From: Octopus vulgaris
Lineage: Eukaryota
NCBI GenBank assembly: GCA_951406725.2
Contig: OX597824.1
Span: 4,650,001-4,714,000 of the forward strand
Direction: 5' to 3'
Length of the DNA stretch: 64,000 nt
Made by a program: the position numbers and the translations under genes
Notes under the pieces: model-generated
The model's input: the letters and a program-made list of their open reading frames with translations, nothing else
What the model was told of the DNA's origin: nothing
Database searches by the model: none
Shown: in pieces, positions 51,328-64,000 of the stretch
Layout: every line of letters starts with the position of its first letter
Position numbering within the stretch: position 1 is the stretch's first letter

Positions 51328-51678
51328 TCTGCCAGAGCAGCCAACTGGCTCTGTGCCGGTGGCATGTAAAAGGGCACCATTCGAGCGTGATTATTACCAA
51401 CGTCGCTTTACTGGCACCTGTGCCGGTGGCATGTATAAAAAGTTTCAAGTGAGGTCATTGCCAGTATCGCCTGACTGGTCCCCGTGCCGGTGGCACATAA
51501 AAAACACCCACTACACCCTCGAAGTGGTTGGCGTTAGGAAGGGCATACGACTGTAGAAACTCTGCCGGATCAAGATTGGAGCCTGGTGCAGCCATCTGGT
51601 TCACCAGCCCTCAGTCAAAATCGTCCAACCCATGCTAGCATGGAAAGCAGACGTTAAACGATGATGAGGATGATGATG
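51328..51678 (+). mobile_element. SINE-like repeat, family C with three internal units
   Basis: Three GTGCCGGTGGCA units, then the family C tail and (GAT)n. Confidence 0.88.
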
Positions 51679-51794
51679 CAACTCCAACATAAAATTTTTA
51701 TTCCTCCCTCAATTATCTTCATGTCTTAATGACAGAAGACAGCTTCAGTGTGAAACGTTAGATCTTTTCTTTTTTTTCTTTAACATTGATAAAG

Positions 51795-52205
51795 TAGGTG
51801 CAAGAATGGCTGTGTGGTAAGCAGTTTGCTTTCCAATTCCATTGTTTTGGGTTCAGTCCCACACTATTGAGTCTTCTATAATAGCCTTCACCTGACAAAA
51901 GCCTTGTGAGTGGATTTGATTGAAAGAAACTGAAAAATGCCTGGTTTTTTTGTGTGCACGTGGATGCATGTGTATGTGTGTGTTTCTAACCTGATTGCCT
52001 TGGCATTGCACAATAGATGTAAGTGAGCATCACCATCGTGCAAGCAGTGTCCTTCATTTCCAATTTTCCAAGACACATCAAGTAACAGGGAAATATTACC
52101 TTACTTGGGAATACATGAGGGTTGGCAACAAGAAAATCTGCCTCAACAATTTCCATCCTACCCATGCAAGCATGGAAAAATGGACATGATGATGATGATG
52201 ATGAT
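51795..52205 (+). mobile_element. SINE, family B head with alternative (GAT)n tail
   Basis: TGGCTGTGTGGTAAG head; CCCATGCAAGCATGGAAAA..(GAT)n end. Confidence 0.75.
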
Positions 52206-53705
52206 AAAGGGTATATCTTGCTCCAGTTACATCAGATCCAGAGCTTTGCTCTACATTATTCTATAACATTCAGTTTTACTTTACACCATTCCAATCTTCC
52301 TTGCCTCACTCTAGAATTGTTCAACTTCACTCTGAAACTCCACTTCACTTCAGAACGGTTACTTTCATTCTAGAACAAACTCATTCATTCCACAGCACTT
52401 CACTTCTTCCACACTTCACTTCTTCCACACTTCAAAAATCTTGCATTTATTCTTGAGTTCCCTGCCTCACTCTAGAAATTTCAGATTCACACTCATTTAT
52501 TTCATTTGAAGAATTCCTTATTTCATTCCGAAGCTCCCTGCCTCACTCTAGATAACAACATCATTGGAAAAAGATTGTAATTTTTCAAAAAATTCATTTC
52601 ATCCTAAGAAATTTTTCAAATGTTCAATATTCAAATCTACATTATTAGTTTTTGACTGACTCAAACCTTCAATGTCACCAGGTGTTTATCCCTGACTGTG
52701 TACAACACCAGACTATTCATTGCCCTTAATTTTGAAATAGGGGATCCTACTTCAAACCCAACCTGGTATTATGTGCATACTTGAGAGTAAGACACCTTTT
52801 TTACAATCAGTAATCAAGCATAATGTAGTAAATATTGTCATTGTTAAAGATGAGACGAGTTTTCAAAAATTATAATCTTATTAACAACAATACATTTCAG
52901 TTATTTGGACATTCAAGAATTCTTGGAAGTCTGATATCTTTTTAACAATGTTTCTTATTTTTTTAGTTTTTATTACATTTTTTTCTTTCAAAACAACTCA
53001 GCAACCATTGAGCACAGTTACATAAAATTCTTCAGAAGGTTTAATTTTTTTTTTAATCACCAATGTTACAAGCCTTTTGTCAATCAAAGATTCTAAGACT
53101 TTTCTTTATTGCTTAGAACTATTATTGACAAACACATAATATTTTCATACACATATCTTATACAAAATCAAAGCTTTAAATTATTTGTAGAAGGGAAATG
53201 TGATAGTGCAATATTCATATCTTTTACGTTTTTTAGGGGCATTGCAAAATAAATGAAGTGAAATTGCTGCAACTGAGAATCAAATCTAGGTCAGAGATGT
53301 GGCTCAATCTTAGAATGAACTCTGTATTTTATATTCCAAGACTAAATGGTTTAATGATCTATTTTTATTTTTGTAATTTTGAGATGTGCAGCTGTATAAA
53401 TCAATACACTTCTCTTTATTTTCTCATAATTTGTCTTGTTACTACCTATCAATGACATCTCTGGCTATATCAAGGTGTCACTAATCATATCACTGTTAAT
53501 AGCATTGTGCTTGAGGAACCTATTTTATCAGAACTGATGTTATGACAGCTTCAATAAAAGAATTCAATCTTAAGATTCCGTCTCTTTTCACAAACACATC
53601 AGTTTTCACTCATCAAAACAGAAGAAGTCAAGACTTAATTGCATACATTGTATTTCAGTTTAGAATAGATTTTAGATAGATAGTTTACTGAAGCTATGAC
53701 TGAAT

Positions 53706-53713
53706 CTAATAAC

Positions 53714-53769
<56 letters not shown>
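53706..53769. repeat. (AAT)n microsatellite
   Basis: Direct reading. Confidence 0.95.
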
Positions 53770-53771
<2 letters not shown>

Positions 53772-54306
53772 GCCCTGATGCAGTACTGGGCAGTGGCTCT
53801 CATGGCTTCTGATCTTAACTGACTGGAAGTGTTATCATGTACATTATTTTGTCTCGGTATAAAAGATAGACTGCAGCAAATATTCTGCTCAATACCACAG
53901 ATTTGCTTAACAAGTTGAGCAAGTGTCCTTTAGTGGCTAACGATATGTGCATCTCTGATCATGAGCAGAAATAGTGGGGGAGCATCATAGCCATGTGTTG
54001 AGAGGAATTCTTTGGGGTTTGAATAATATAATTGTGGAAACATGGGCACTTTGTTCAACATCCTTAACCCTTATTCAGGGACCTTTTGTGCAGGATGAGC
54101 TACTCAACCTGAGAAAGAGTCTAACTGGGCCCCACCTGCAAAGTCATGCGCTGTTAATTTTGATATGATATATCCATGTCATGCACATACAGTTGTGATG
54201 CATGTGCCTGGTGTACCCTTATCAGACGGGTAGTCATGATGGGTATACTGGGCTTCATATATTTTGCCCCAGTGTCACTTTGATGGTATGCAGTACTCTC
54301 TCACTC
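53770..54306. mobile_element. Non-coding element embedded in (AAT)n
   Basis: Higher-GC block sharply bounded by (AAT)n on both sides; no coding motif recognised. Confidence 0.55.
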
Positions 54307-55446
54307 AATAATAATAATGATAAATATCATCATCACCAGTATTGTATCAAACAATTAGTTCTCTCCAGCATCAGACTAAATTTCCAGTTAGAAATATATT
54401 ATGTTCATAATTTGTACATCTTCAATCTGATATATATTCTTGGAAGGTGAGGCACTGATTTCTCCTCAAATTGTAAGATTTCATCATATTAATTATCGCT
54501 ATAATCCATACTGACATTCTTGGATTTGAACTTGTCCCATTCTGCTTGAATTACTTCTCCCATGGATACAATCTACCATCAATTCACATTGTTGTATCAG
54601 TCTTCATGTAGCTCTGCTGCACACCAGAGCCAATCATTTGTTTCTCAGTTTATACACAATCAGCTTTTCTCATAAATTAATATCACATATCCTCTGAACA
54701 TATGTAGAGTATTCTTCCCTACAAGTCTCTCTTCCTCTCTCTCTCTCTCTCTCACTCACACACACACACACACACACAGACACACATACATACACAAACA
54801 AAATGTGCTTTTTCTACTCTTTAAGGCCATTACTGTTCATTTGCTTTCAATGACATTCTTGGAGTGATTTCTGATATGAATAATTTATTTATGAGGCTTT
54901 AGTTATTTTGTGATTTTCAATTGCTTAACTATTTGTTTCTTTTTGTAATTAGGAAGAGGTGCAACAGATTTTAATAATGTATTACTGACACCTCTGTCAA
55001 CCATAGCAGAATTTGCATTTCTAATCTTGAGTCCTGAACAGATACCGTGAAGTGTTAAACCAGCTTTCTATTTTCTGCAACTACCAAATAAAAAGCTAGA
55101 AAAAATTATTTCACTTATTAAATGTTTGAACTGGATTAATTTCCAGTGATACTCAGGTAATAAAATTCACATACATACAAATTATACAGCTGAAATCGAT
55201 TCACAAATCTTCATTACATAAATCGAGCTTTAACATTCTGTACACTAACTTTAAGCCTATAGGAATGTGATAGAGTAGAAGAATTTTTCTCAATGGTCTG
55301 TGTCTGCAACCAGGAAAGGATTTCAGTTGTAGATTTCACTGTTTTGCCTATTTGTTGCCACTAATGTCTTTGAGAAAGTCATGAATGTTACACCATCTTA
55401 TCCCATTCTCCTATAAATATTACATATTGTATTAGTAGGGTATTAA

Positions 55447-55797
55447 GAGCACCATCCAAGTGTGGTCATTGCCAGAGCTGCTATCTGGCTTCCATGCCGG
55501 TGGCACGTAAAAGACACCATTCGAGTGGGATCGTTACCAGCATCGCCTTACTGGCACCTGTGCCAGTGGCATGTATAAAAAGATATGAGCGAGGTCATTG
55601 CCAGTACTGCCTGACCGGCCCCGTGCCGGTGGCACGTAAAAAGCACCCACTACACTTTTGTGAGTGGTTGGCGTTAGGAAGAGCATCCAGCTTTAGAAAC
55701 TCTGCCAGATCAAGATTGAAGCATGGTGCAGCCATCTGGTTCGCCAGTCAATCGTCCAACCCATGCTAGCATGGAAAGTGGACGTTAAACGATGATT
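55447..55797 (+). mobile_element. SINE-like repeat, family C with three internal units
   Basis: Close paralogue of 51328-51678. Confidence 0.88.
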
Positions 55798-56196
55798 AAA
55801 AAATATGTAAGGATTTAAAATTTTACAGCTCTATTGCTCATGTTTTAGCCAACTAAAAATAATGACACAATAAAATGTTTGATTCTTAGCACATTCTTAT
55901 CAGTCTTTTTCAGGTCATGTGATCTTGCTGTAGTCACCAATGATGGCATTTTTTTGTAGTCTTGGAAATGAAGTCTACTGCTGCCGTTAGATGGGATATG
56001 AGATGCCTTGTCACCATCGGACATGCAGAGCAATGCTGCATTTTGGCTATTCTCATTGCAAAGTATAACCATTTATGTGGTACTATTCTCTGTACTTGCA
56101 TATGAAAGCCAGCACGTTTGTAGTAAAAGACTCATCAAGCTGAGTTAAGATATGATATTTTCCTGCTTGTTATAGACTGCATACTCTCCTTCCTTT

Positions 56197-56264
56197 AACA
56201 GTGGAGTTAGTAAATTGCATGTGAATATTATAATATTCACATAGGATTTGCCAACTTCACTGTT
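56197..56264. other. 68-nt near-perfect palindrome/hairpin
   Basis: 34 ungapped positions: 28 Watson-Crick, 3 G-U and 3 mismatches on the plus strand. Confidence 0.85.
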
Positions 56265-56845
56265 TGTTCTCTTTTAATGTTAGATATAACATAATTGTTT
56301 AGAACAGAGGAAGCTATAAGTATGATTGATGTAGAAACTTTTGAAGGAGTTTTCTATCAATCCACAAACAGGGTATTTTCTTACATTTGAAGTTACTGAG
56401 CTTAGTGAGAATGTGTTTGAAAAGGGTGCAATAGCATTCGTTATCAGATTCATTTATTTTAAAGTTATATTTTGATTAGTTTTTCCATTAGTGACATATT
56501 TTATACATGTCAATTGGATAATTTTCACATTGGTTTTCTTCAGTATCAGGTGATATTTACAGCTATGTGTAAAGTAATTTCTAATTTTCATTAAGAATTT
56601 TACACACACACACATGCACACACACATGCACACACACACAACACATGTGCACACATAAACATATGTGTATATATACATATATATACACACACACACATCT
56701 AAATAGGCATACATTTATATTCATACATATAAACATACTCACACATTTATGTGTGTATTTATGAGTGTATATGTATGAATACACACACATACATATACTA
56801 ATATACAGGCATACATATAATTGCACACACACACACACACACACA

Positions 56846-56881
<36 letters not shown>

Positions 56882-56884
<3 letters not shown>

Positions 56885-56988
56885 TGGAGCCTGGTGCAGC
56901 CTTCTGGCTTGCCATTCCTCAGTCAAACCGTCCAACCCATGCCAGCATGGAAAGCAGACGTTAAACGACGACGATGATGATGATGATA
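56882..56988 (+). mobile_element. 5'-truncated family C tail
   Basis: CTGGAGCCTGGTGCAGCC..GTTAAACGACGACGATGATG. Confidence 0.8.
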
Positions 56989-57538
56989 TAGATATGCATA
57001 CACATACACAATACAAACAGTGTAATGAAAAGTAAATGTCACCCTATAACTTTATCCTTAAGAGACTGCATTATGAGTCGTCTAACATTATATTTTCAAA
57101 TTTTGCCTAACATATGAGGCACTTGGTATACATGCACACATTCATTTTTCATTTGATTAACATCCATTTTTCCATGCTGTCATGGGTTAGGATAGAAATT
57201 TCTCTGAGTCAGAATTTTAAGTCCAGATACTTTTCTTGTTTTCGAAATAAGAGATAACATTATTCCACAGGTCTTCAAAAGCACAGAGTGACTGGTCTTG
57301 ACATCAAAATGTCAACATTAGCACCGCTTCATTCTAGCAATGAAAAGCATGGAGTATGTAAATGCCCACACACACATGTATAAATATAAATAGTTTCTGT
57401 CTCCCAAATTCCTTCATATGACATTAGTCAGCCCAGGGCAATAGCAGGCACTTACCTAATGTGTTGTATAGTGGGACTGAATTCAAACCCATGACACTGC
57501 AAAGTGAACTTCTTAACTGCTGCACACACACACACACA

Positions 57539-57597
<59 letters not shown>

Positions 57598-57925
57598 TTA
57601 ACGTGTTGGCGTATTTCAAACAAATTGTTAAGTTGTACAAATGACATGTCTGCAGTTCAATGTGGTTTTGCGTTTAGGCCTAAACACCAAGAGTCCATCT
57701 TGAATTTCTCTCAAACCTTCAACTCTGCTTCTGAATATCTATCTCATGAGATGGATTTGCCCCACATACTTATGAATCTTTAAGTCATGTGGAGATGAGT
57801 CAAACTCTTATTAAATATACCAAATATATAATACATATATATATTACACCACCTAGCAGAAAACCAAAAATCACCAGGAGGAAGTGCCCGCTTAAGATAT
57901 AGGCACATAGACCATTTATCTAGGG

Positions 57926-58426
57926 CATGGGTTGCCAAACTTTTTCGACCATCGACCCCCTTTAGCCACTTCTCCTTCCACATTGACCACCCTCCTCATT
58001 TAAAATATCTTAATACCCTACCCTACCTTACCATATCTTAAATGTGTACTGAGTACTGATGCTGGCGATTAAAATGTTTGCTAAAATATACATGTATGAC
58101 AATTTAAGAAATTCTATTGAAGATGACACACTTTTTACATTTAAAACTCTGTGTATGAGTATACAGTATTAAACTTTCAATATTTATGAAATTGTTTTCA
58201 TGGTTAGAAAATGTGAAAAACGCATCATGTTACTGTAATATCTTTTATTGAAATTAACAACATCAATGTGAGGGATGAGCTTAGCGCTAAGCATTTCAAG
58301 ACGTTCATCTGGGTGAGCTGGTCTTTTGCACACCAACCCCCATTCAACCCCTTGGCTATCATCAATCCCCTGTAATTCCTCATTGAGCCCTAGGGGTTTC
58401 CTCGGACCCTCTTTAGTGACCCCCTG
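57926..58426 (-). mobile_element. Non-autonomous hAT (Charlie-like) element
   Basis: Perfect 8-bp TSD ATCTAGGG (57918-57925, 58427-58434); ends CATGGG../..CCCCTG; internal AHPSH* transposase C-terminus on the minus strand. Confidence 0.8.
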
Positions 58427-59067
58427 ATCTAGGGAGTGGGGACACAGATCAAGGGACCCAGTGCTAATCTATATATGCAGTGACATGCCATCAATAAATG
58501 AATGTTAGGGTCCCAGTGCATTGCTTTACTTGTGGGTGACTTTAGTGTTTTTCAGACAGCTGTGCCAAGAGGGTGGGGTTTCTGTAAGCAACAACAACAA
58601 CGAACTATATTTCATATATAAGAAACATGTTTTGGATTAGTGGGTTGTATGGTTTCAATACTCCATTATATATGTTTCTTGAGAACTAGGATGTACATAG
58701 AAATTTCTGCAAAGTTTCTTTGGAAATTGTCTCACCAAATATATAAGAAACAAATATGTAAGAAACAAATGTGCTGTACAGGGACTTGAAGAAATCTGAA
58801 ACAAAAATTGAAGCACAGTTCTGAGAATGCTATGCATACATACCTGTTTGTAAGCCATTGTATACACCAGGAACATGGGTGACTTTTATCCAGCACAGGA
58901 TGTAAAAATATAACTAAAATAGAAAGACAAAAGAAAAAATAAAATTTAATAAAATATTTCTCCTTCTATAGAAGATAAAAATGGACAAATGCTGTAAAGA
59001 ATAAAAGAAACAAAAATGAATGAATATTTCTCAAGCTCTCAATACTACCAAGAGAATTATATTCTTA

Positions 59068-59120
<53 letters not shown>

Positions 59121-59383
59121 AGCATGCACATGTGAACACACATATTACACACATATACACACAAAATATTCCTTGATTACATAAACTCATGCATATTCCA
59201 GTGGAGAAAAAAGTATGCATTATAGAGTTTTGTAGCAGATGTTTTACAATATTTTATTTTGAGTTTCTGAAATCTGAGTTCAAATTACTCTTGAGCCACT
59301 GAAGTATTTTAAATCAAAAACACCATCAAATAAATACAAGCAATACAAGTGGATTGAATCACCCATCAATATCCCTTCCCATT

Positions 59384-59448
<65 letters not shown>

Positions 59449-59814
59449 AAGAAATCTAAAATGATAAACACTTCTTAGTAGAATTTATTACAACATAATC
59501 TGATATACACGTAAAAATGTGCGTATGTGTGCATGCGTGTGTGTGTGTGTGTGCGTATGTGTGTGTGCACACATGTATACATATATGTATATATACACAT
59601 ACATATATCATTGATACATGTGGAAAAAGAAATATTAATATTCAAATTTATCAGATATGCTTTTTATTCAGAAACAAGATAGAAAAAGTACTTAATACAT
59701 TTGATGGCCATCCCAGTGATTTCAAAGTATGAGTGTTCGATGGAAAGGATTTTAAAAAAAGTGAAACAAAGAAAAAAACACCTTTAAAAAAAAAAAGAAT
59801 AAAAGAAACAGCAT

Positions 59815-60230
59815 CTGTTTGCAATGGATGCGTGAATGTAATTGGAGTCCAGGGATGGATTCTGCTCTGAAGTCACAACGGGGACACTGATGATTGTGGT
59901 TTTTGCCTGGGATTGGACAAATGTGTCTGTTGATTGCAGAATATAACTCTTTTATTGTTCTGTTGATGCATTCTACACCTGCAGATCAATCAAGGCAATG
60001 ACTTCCCCAAAATGCCACATTAAGCTGTGGAGAGACTTTAGTGATTGCTTCAACTTAGCTTTGTATCTAAGGACAGGTCTTCCCTTACCGTGGCGTCCCT
60101 CTGCTTTTTGGCCATATTAAAGAATTTTTGGAATGCAGTCCTCTTTCATTCAAACAACATGTCCTACCCATTTGCACTTAATTCTCAGCAGTATGCTTTG
60201 GATTCTGGAGATATCACACATCAAGGTTAT
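59815..60230 (-). mobile_element. RTE (BovB-like) LINE 3' remnant
   Basis: EGRHGKGRPVLRYKAKLKQSL and terminal zinc finger CPRCDFRAESIPGLQLHSRIHC. Confidence 0.75.
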
Positions 60231-60723
60231 ATATTTATTCATTGCTACTCAGTTTCAAACATGCATGCCATCACTTCATTTTCACCTGTTTTATTATTGT
60301 TTTCTCCATTCGCAGTGGACTTTTGTATAATTTCTATCTGTCAAATGTTACTCAAAAGACATTGACCAACCTGAGGCAAGAGAGGACACTTGACCAAGGT
60401 GGTTGCAAAGCAAATTTCTTAACCACACAGTTATGCCCACACCAATATGCGTGTAGAGATGGAGAGAGATTATTCAAAATCTAAAGCTAAGTCATCAATA
60501 CAAATGTAAGCTGACATCAAAATTAAAGATCTAGCAAATCACTAGATAACAAGTTTAGTAATGTAGCAAAAGTAATTTTTTTTTTTTTTAATTATCATTA
60601 ACCTGTGGCATTATCAAGCCTGAACTCTTGTAGTTTGATGCTTTTTAGGTAAAAGATGAATGGCAATGGAAATTTAAAGAGTAATAATCAGGTGAAAAAT
60701 GATTTAAAAGATTTTGTACAGTA

Positions 60724-61091
60724 TCTCTATATATATAAACGGCAAAATGTCTGTCTGTGTGTGTGTCCTTTATACAAATCCACAAATTTTCAGTTAGAGG
60801 GCTGGCACTTTCTATGGTCATTCAAAACCGTCCAAGGGTGGTCGTGCACATCTTTACACTTCCCCATTTACCCCGCGAAGCCATTAAAAAATCAATAGAA
60901 GTGACTTTTTTGTGAATTTTCTATCCAAAACACTATCAAAATGCCCGAAACTTGATACGCCAATTGAATGCCAGCTAGCTGTATGTGATTGGTGGGAGAT
61001 TTGGACAGTACTCGTGTGTGTGTGTGCACGCACGCAGCTGTATATGCATGCACTAGCACTATGACCCGGTGTTGCCGGGTCATAGTGCTAG
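60724..61091 (+). mobile_element. Non-autonomous Helitron with palindromic 3' end
   Basis: A|TCTCTATATATATAAACGGCA start; ends ..CCGGGTCATAGTGCTAG|T. Confidence 0.85.
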
Positions 61092-62713
61092 TTTAGTAAT
61101 AAGACACAGTAATGATGAAGAGAGGAGGGATTTGTGCGAATGAATATAGAGAAGAGTGTTATGTAGCTTTTAGTTGAGATGAACAGAACCCATTGTAACT
61201 GGAAAATAATAGAGAAAAGGAACAGTGCATGTGTCAGCCAGTTGTAACTTGCTCCCAATCTGCCAAATATACTTTTATTTAATGCAGCCCAGGTTGCTTG
61301 TGTATGTAGCAATCCCTTATTCCAAAATGGGTCATATTTGAACTCTGTTAGAAAGTTGGCAACTCACCAGATCTAAGGCAAATTTCCTCATCCTGCAAAA
61401 ATGCAGATTTGGGTAGTGTTATAAGTTTGTTATAAGAGATAATCAGAGGCTACAAAACCTAGTTTTTGTTGAAATTTTCACGGAGTGGATAATGTACGAC
61501 TGTTCTCTTGATGTGTTTAATGATTTAGTAAGTGTTCTTGCTATGAAGAAGTCTACTAAAGTCTGCCTGTGATTCCACTATTCTAGAATTTCTACCAACT
61601 TCATCTCTGCATATTCAAGCACATTTATCTAAAGCAGCAAAGTTTTGTCTTCTATTCTGCTTACAAAATCTTAATCTTGTCTCAGTTTACTTTGAAGCCA
61701 CTTGCCTGTTTAAACAACACTGTATTGTCAGTTTCCCACCATTTCTGCTCATTTAACTATATGTCGATGCCTCTCCATTTTGACTCTCATTTTACACCAC
61801 AAATTCTCCATACACAATCAATCTCACTCCATGTAATTTTTTTCTCTCTCTTCCTTTTTCTGTATTCACCCTGGTTTCAACAGTCTGACAAAAGCTAAAA
61901 TTTATCTTTCACCTTAGATCAACTTTACTCCAAGGGTTAAATATTCCTCTTTTCTTCAGCTATACACCCACACAAAAATACAAACTCATACAGGTTGTGC
62001 CAACTGTGCAGACCCCACACCACCACAATATACTCAAACACACAACATATACATACAAATATACATACACATATACACATGACATAACTTGCACACACAT
62101 ACAACTCATTCCCCCATTGCCTCCCATTTATTTTTGTTCTCTTAGCTGCAAAACCCAGTTTACTACCTCTATTTCCTCTCTTCAACCATCCACAACCATT
62201 TCCTCTCTTCAACCATGTCACAAAACTAATAACACAACCGATCTCACTCCACGTAATTTTTTTCTTTCTCACTTCCTTTTCTTTATATTCTTTCTTTCCT
62301 GTCTTCTTTTCTGCTTTTCTTTGAAGAAGAAGAAACTGTCCAAAATGTAAAATATTCCCCGTTTCTTCTCCATTCTAATTTTAAACTAATATGCAAAACT
62401 TTATGTTTCTTTTGTCTGGTTTTGTTCAGGAGACATTTTCTTGGAATTTTGGACAAATAAAAACAACTATGTGAATATAAACAGAATATATATATAAAAG
62501 AAAATTGAAGGAGCTGGTGTGATGAATGTTTTGGATAATTTTGCAAAAGAGCATATAAATTATTTTGAAATAACATTGGATGTGTTCATAGATCTAGCCA
62601 CTAGATAACTAGTACAAGGGGAATAACTTATTTGAATAGTGATGTAAGAGATTTTACCAGACAAAGTAACGTTTGATATTTAATAAAGAGTAAATATTAA
62701 TTAATATAAAGAT

Positions 62714-63127
62714 TACTCTTTTTTTTTTTTACTTGTTTCAGTCATTTGACTGCGGCCATGCTGGAGCACCGCCTTTAGTCGAGCAAATCAACCCCGGGAC
62801 TTATTCTTTGTAAGCCCAGTACTTATTCTATCGGTCTCTTTTGCCGAACTGCTAAGTTACGGGGATGTAAACACACCAGCATCGGTTGTCAAGCAATACT
62901 AGGGGAACAAACACAGACACACAAACATATTCACACACACTTATATATATATATACATATATACGACAGGCTTCTTTCAGTTTCCGTCTACCAAATCCAC
63001 TCACAAGGCATTGGTTGGCCCGGGGCTATAGCAGAAGACACGTGCCCAAGATGCCACGCAGTGGGACTGAACCCGGAACCATGTGGTTGGTTAGCAAGCT
63101 ACTTACCAAACAGCCACTCCTGCGCCT
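62714..63127 (-). mobile_element. SINE, family B, well preserved
   Basis: High similarity to 35180-35597 reversed; CpGs retained. Confidence 0.92.
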
Positions 63128-63265
63128 ATAGATGGTAATGTATATATAATTAAGGAGGTAATAAAGCAATATTGAATGGTAACAATTCTAAAGGATTAGG
63201 AGATATTGAGAAAATATTGCAATTCTATGAAGAAAATCAAGAATGGTACAAACAAATAAATTAAA

Positions 63266-63512
63266 ATCATCATCATCATCGTATAACGTCCGTTTTCCGT
63301 GCTAGCACGGGTTCCACCGGGGTCTGGGAAGCCAGGAGGCTGCACCAGGCTCCAGTCTGATCTGGCAGTGTTTCTACAGCTGGATGCCCTTCCTAACGCC
63401 AACCACTCCGTGAGTGTAGTGGGTGCTTTTTACGTGCCACCGGCACAGATGCCAGGGGAGGCTGGCAGCAGTCACAATTGGTTGATGCTTTTTTTACGTG
63501 CCACCAGCACAG
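63266..63512 (-). mobile_element. SINE-like repeat, family C
   Basis: Reverse complement of 406-593 with two internal units. Confidence 0.88.
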
Positions 63513-64000
63513 GTATGTATTCGTTAAAAATATTTGAAGAAAAAAATTATTATTTAAGGGGTTTGAATTCTGTCTAAATAAGGATTTGAGGGTAATAATT
63601 GAGAAAGTAAAACTAAAATGGGTTGGAACAATAATAGTGTATAAACTATATGACTGGGAATGTAAATGATACATTGACGATTATTTTAGATAAAAGGTTC
63701 TATCTAGATAAAAAGTTGAAAGGTGTTAATTTAAGAAGTAAAGCTAAACAGTAAAGGTGTATATGATTAAAATATAGACGAGACATAAAAGATTCATGAA
63801 TTTGACAAAATTTATGTGAAGCTAAGAGGTAAACAGGCATTTATTTAAAAGGTAGACTTAATATTTTTGATGAATGGACTCAAAAAGGCTAACTAAATAT
63901 ATTTTTTTTTTATTATGTTGTTAGATTTAAATTGAAAGGTAGTAGATGAAGAAAGGCAGTGACAAAGGAAGTAAGTCTAAGAACATTGATGAAGTTATAA

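Noticed and set aside
51350-51505. CRISPR-like GTGCCGGTGGCA repeats with ~45-nt spacers
   Set aside because: The spacers are related to each other and to those at 55.5 kb and 16.1 kb. They lie inside a dispersed retroposon, and there are no cas genes in this eukaryotic context.
55845-56110. Open frames after acceptor-like sites
   Set aside because: No donor or homology support; short frames on both strands

Overview
AT-rich, repeat-saturated eukaryotic non-coding DNA, either intergenic or within a large intron. The SINE families and dense microsatellites match what I recall of octopus (coleoid cephalopod) genomes; this is inference, not a database result. I found no intact protein-coding gene, rRNA, tRNA gene or CRISPR array. 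Almost all supplied ORFs are microsatellite read-through or chance frames. Supported content: many copies of several SINE families (most with tRNA-like heads, several with clear target-site duplications); decayed Dong/R4-type, RTE, CR1/L2 and Penelope-like retroelement fragments; three mariner remnants; one hAT element with a perfect 8-bp TSD; three non-autonomous Helitrons; and one Helentron-type (HINE) element. The most interesting oddities are a Helitron whose 3' end is an 18-bp-arm palindrome, Helitrons with shuffled termini, a fold-back Penelope insertion nested in a mariner, hammerhead-like cores, an orphan 68-nt hairpin, an (AAT)n-embedded non-coding element, inverted SINE pairs (possible ADAR substrates) and a few unconfirmed exon candidates. 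Boundaries of decayed elements are approximate. Family labels A, B, C and E are my own.
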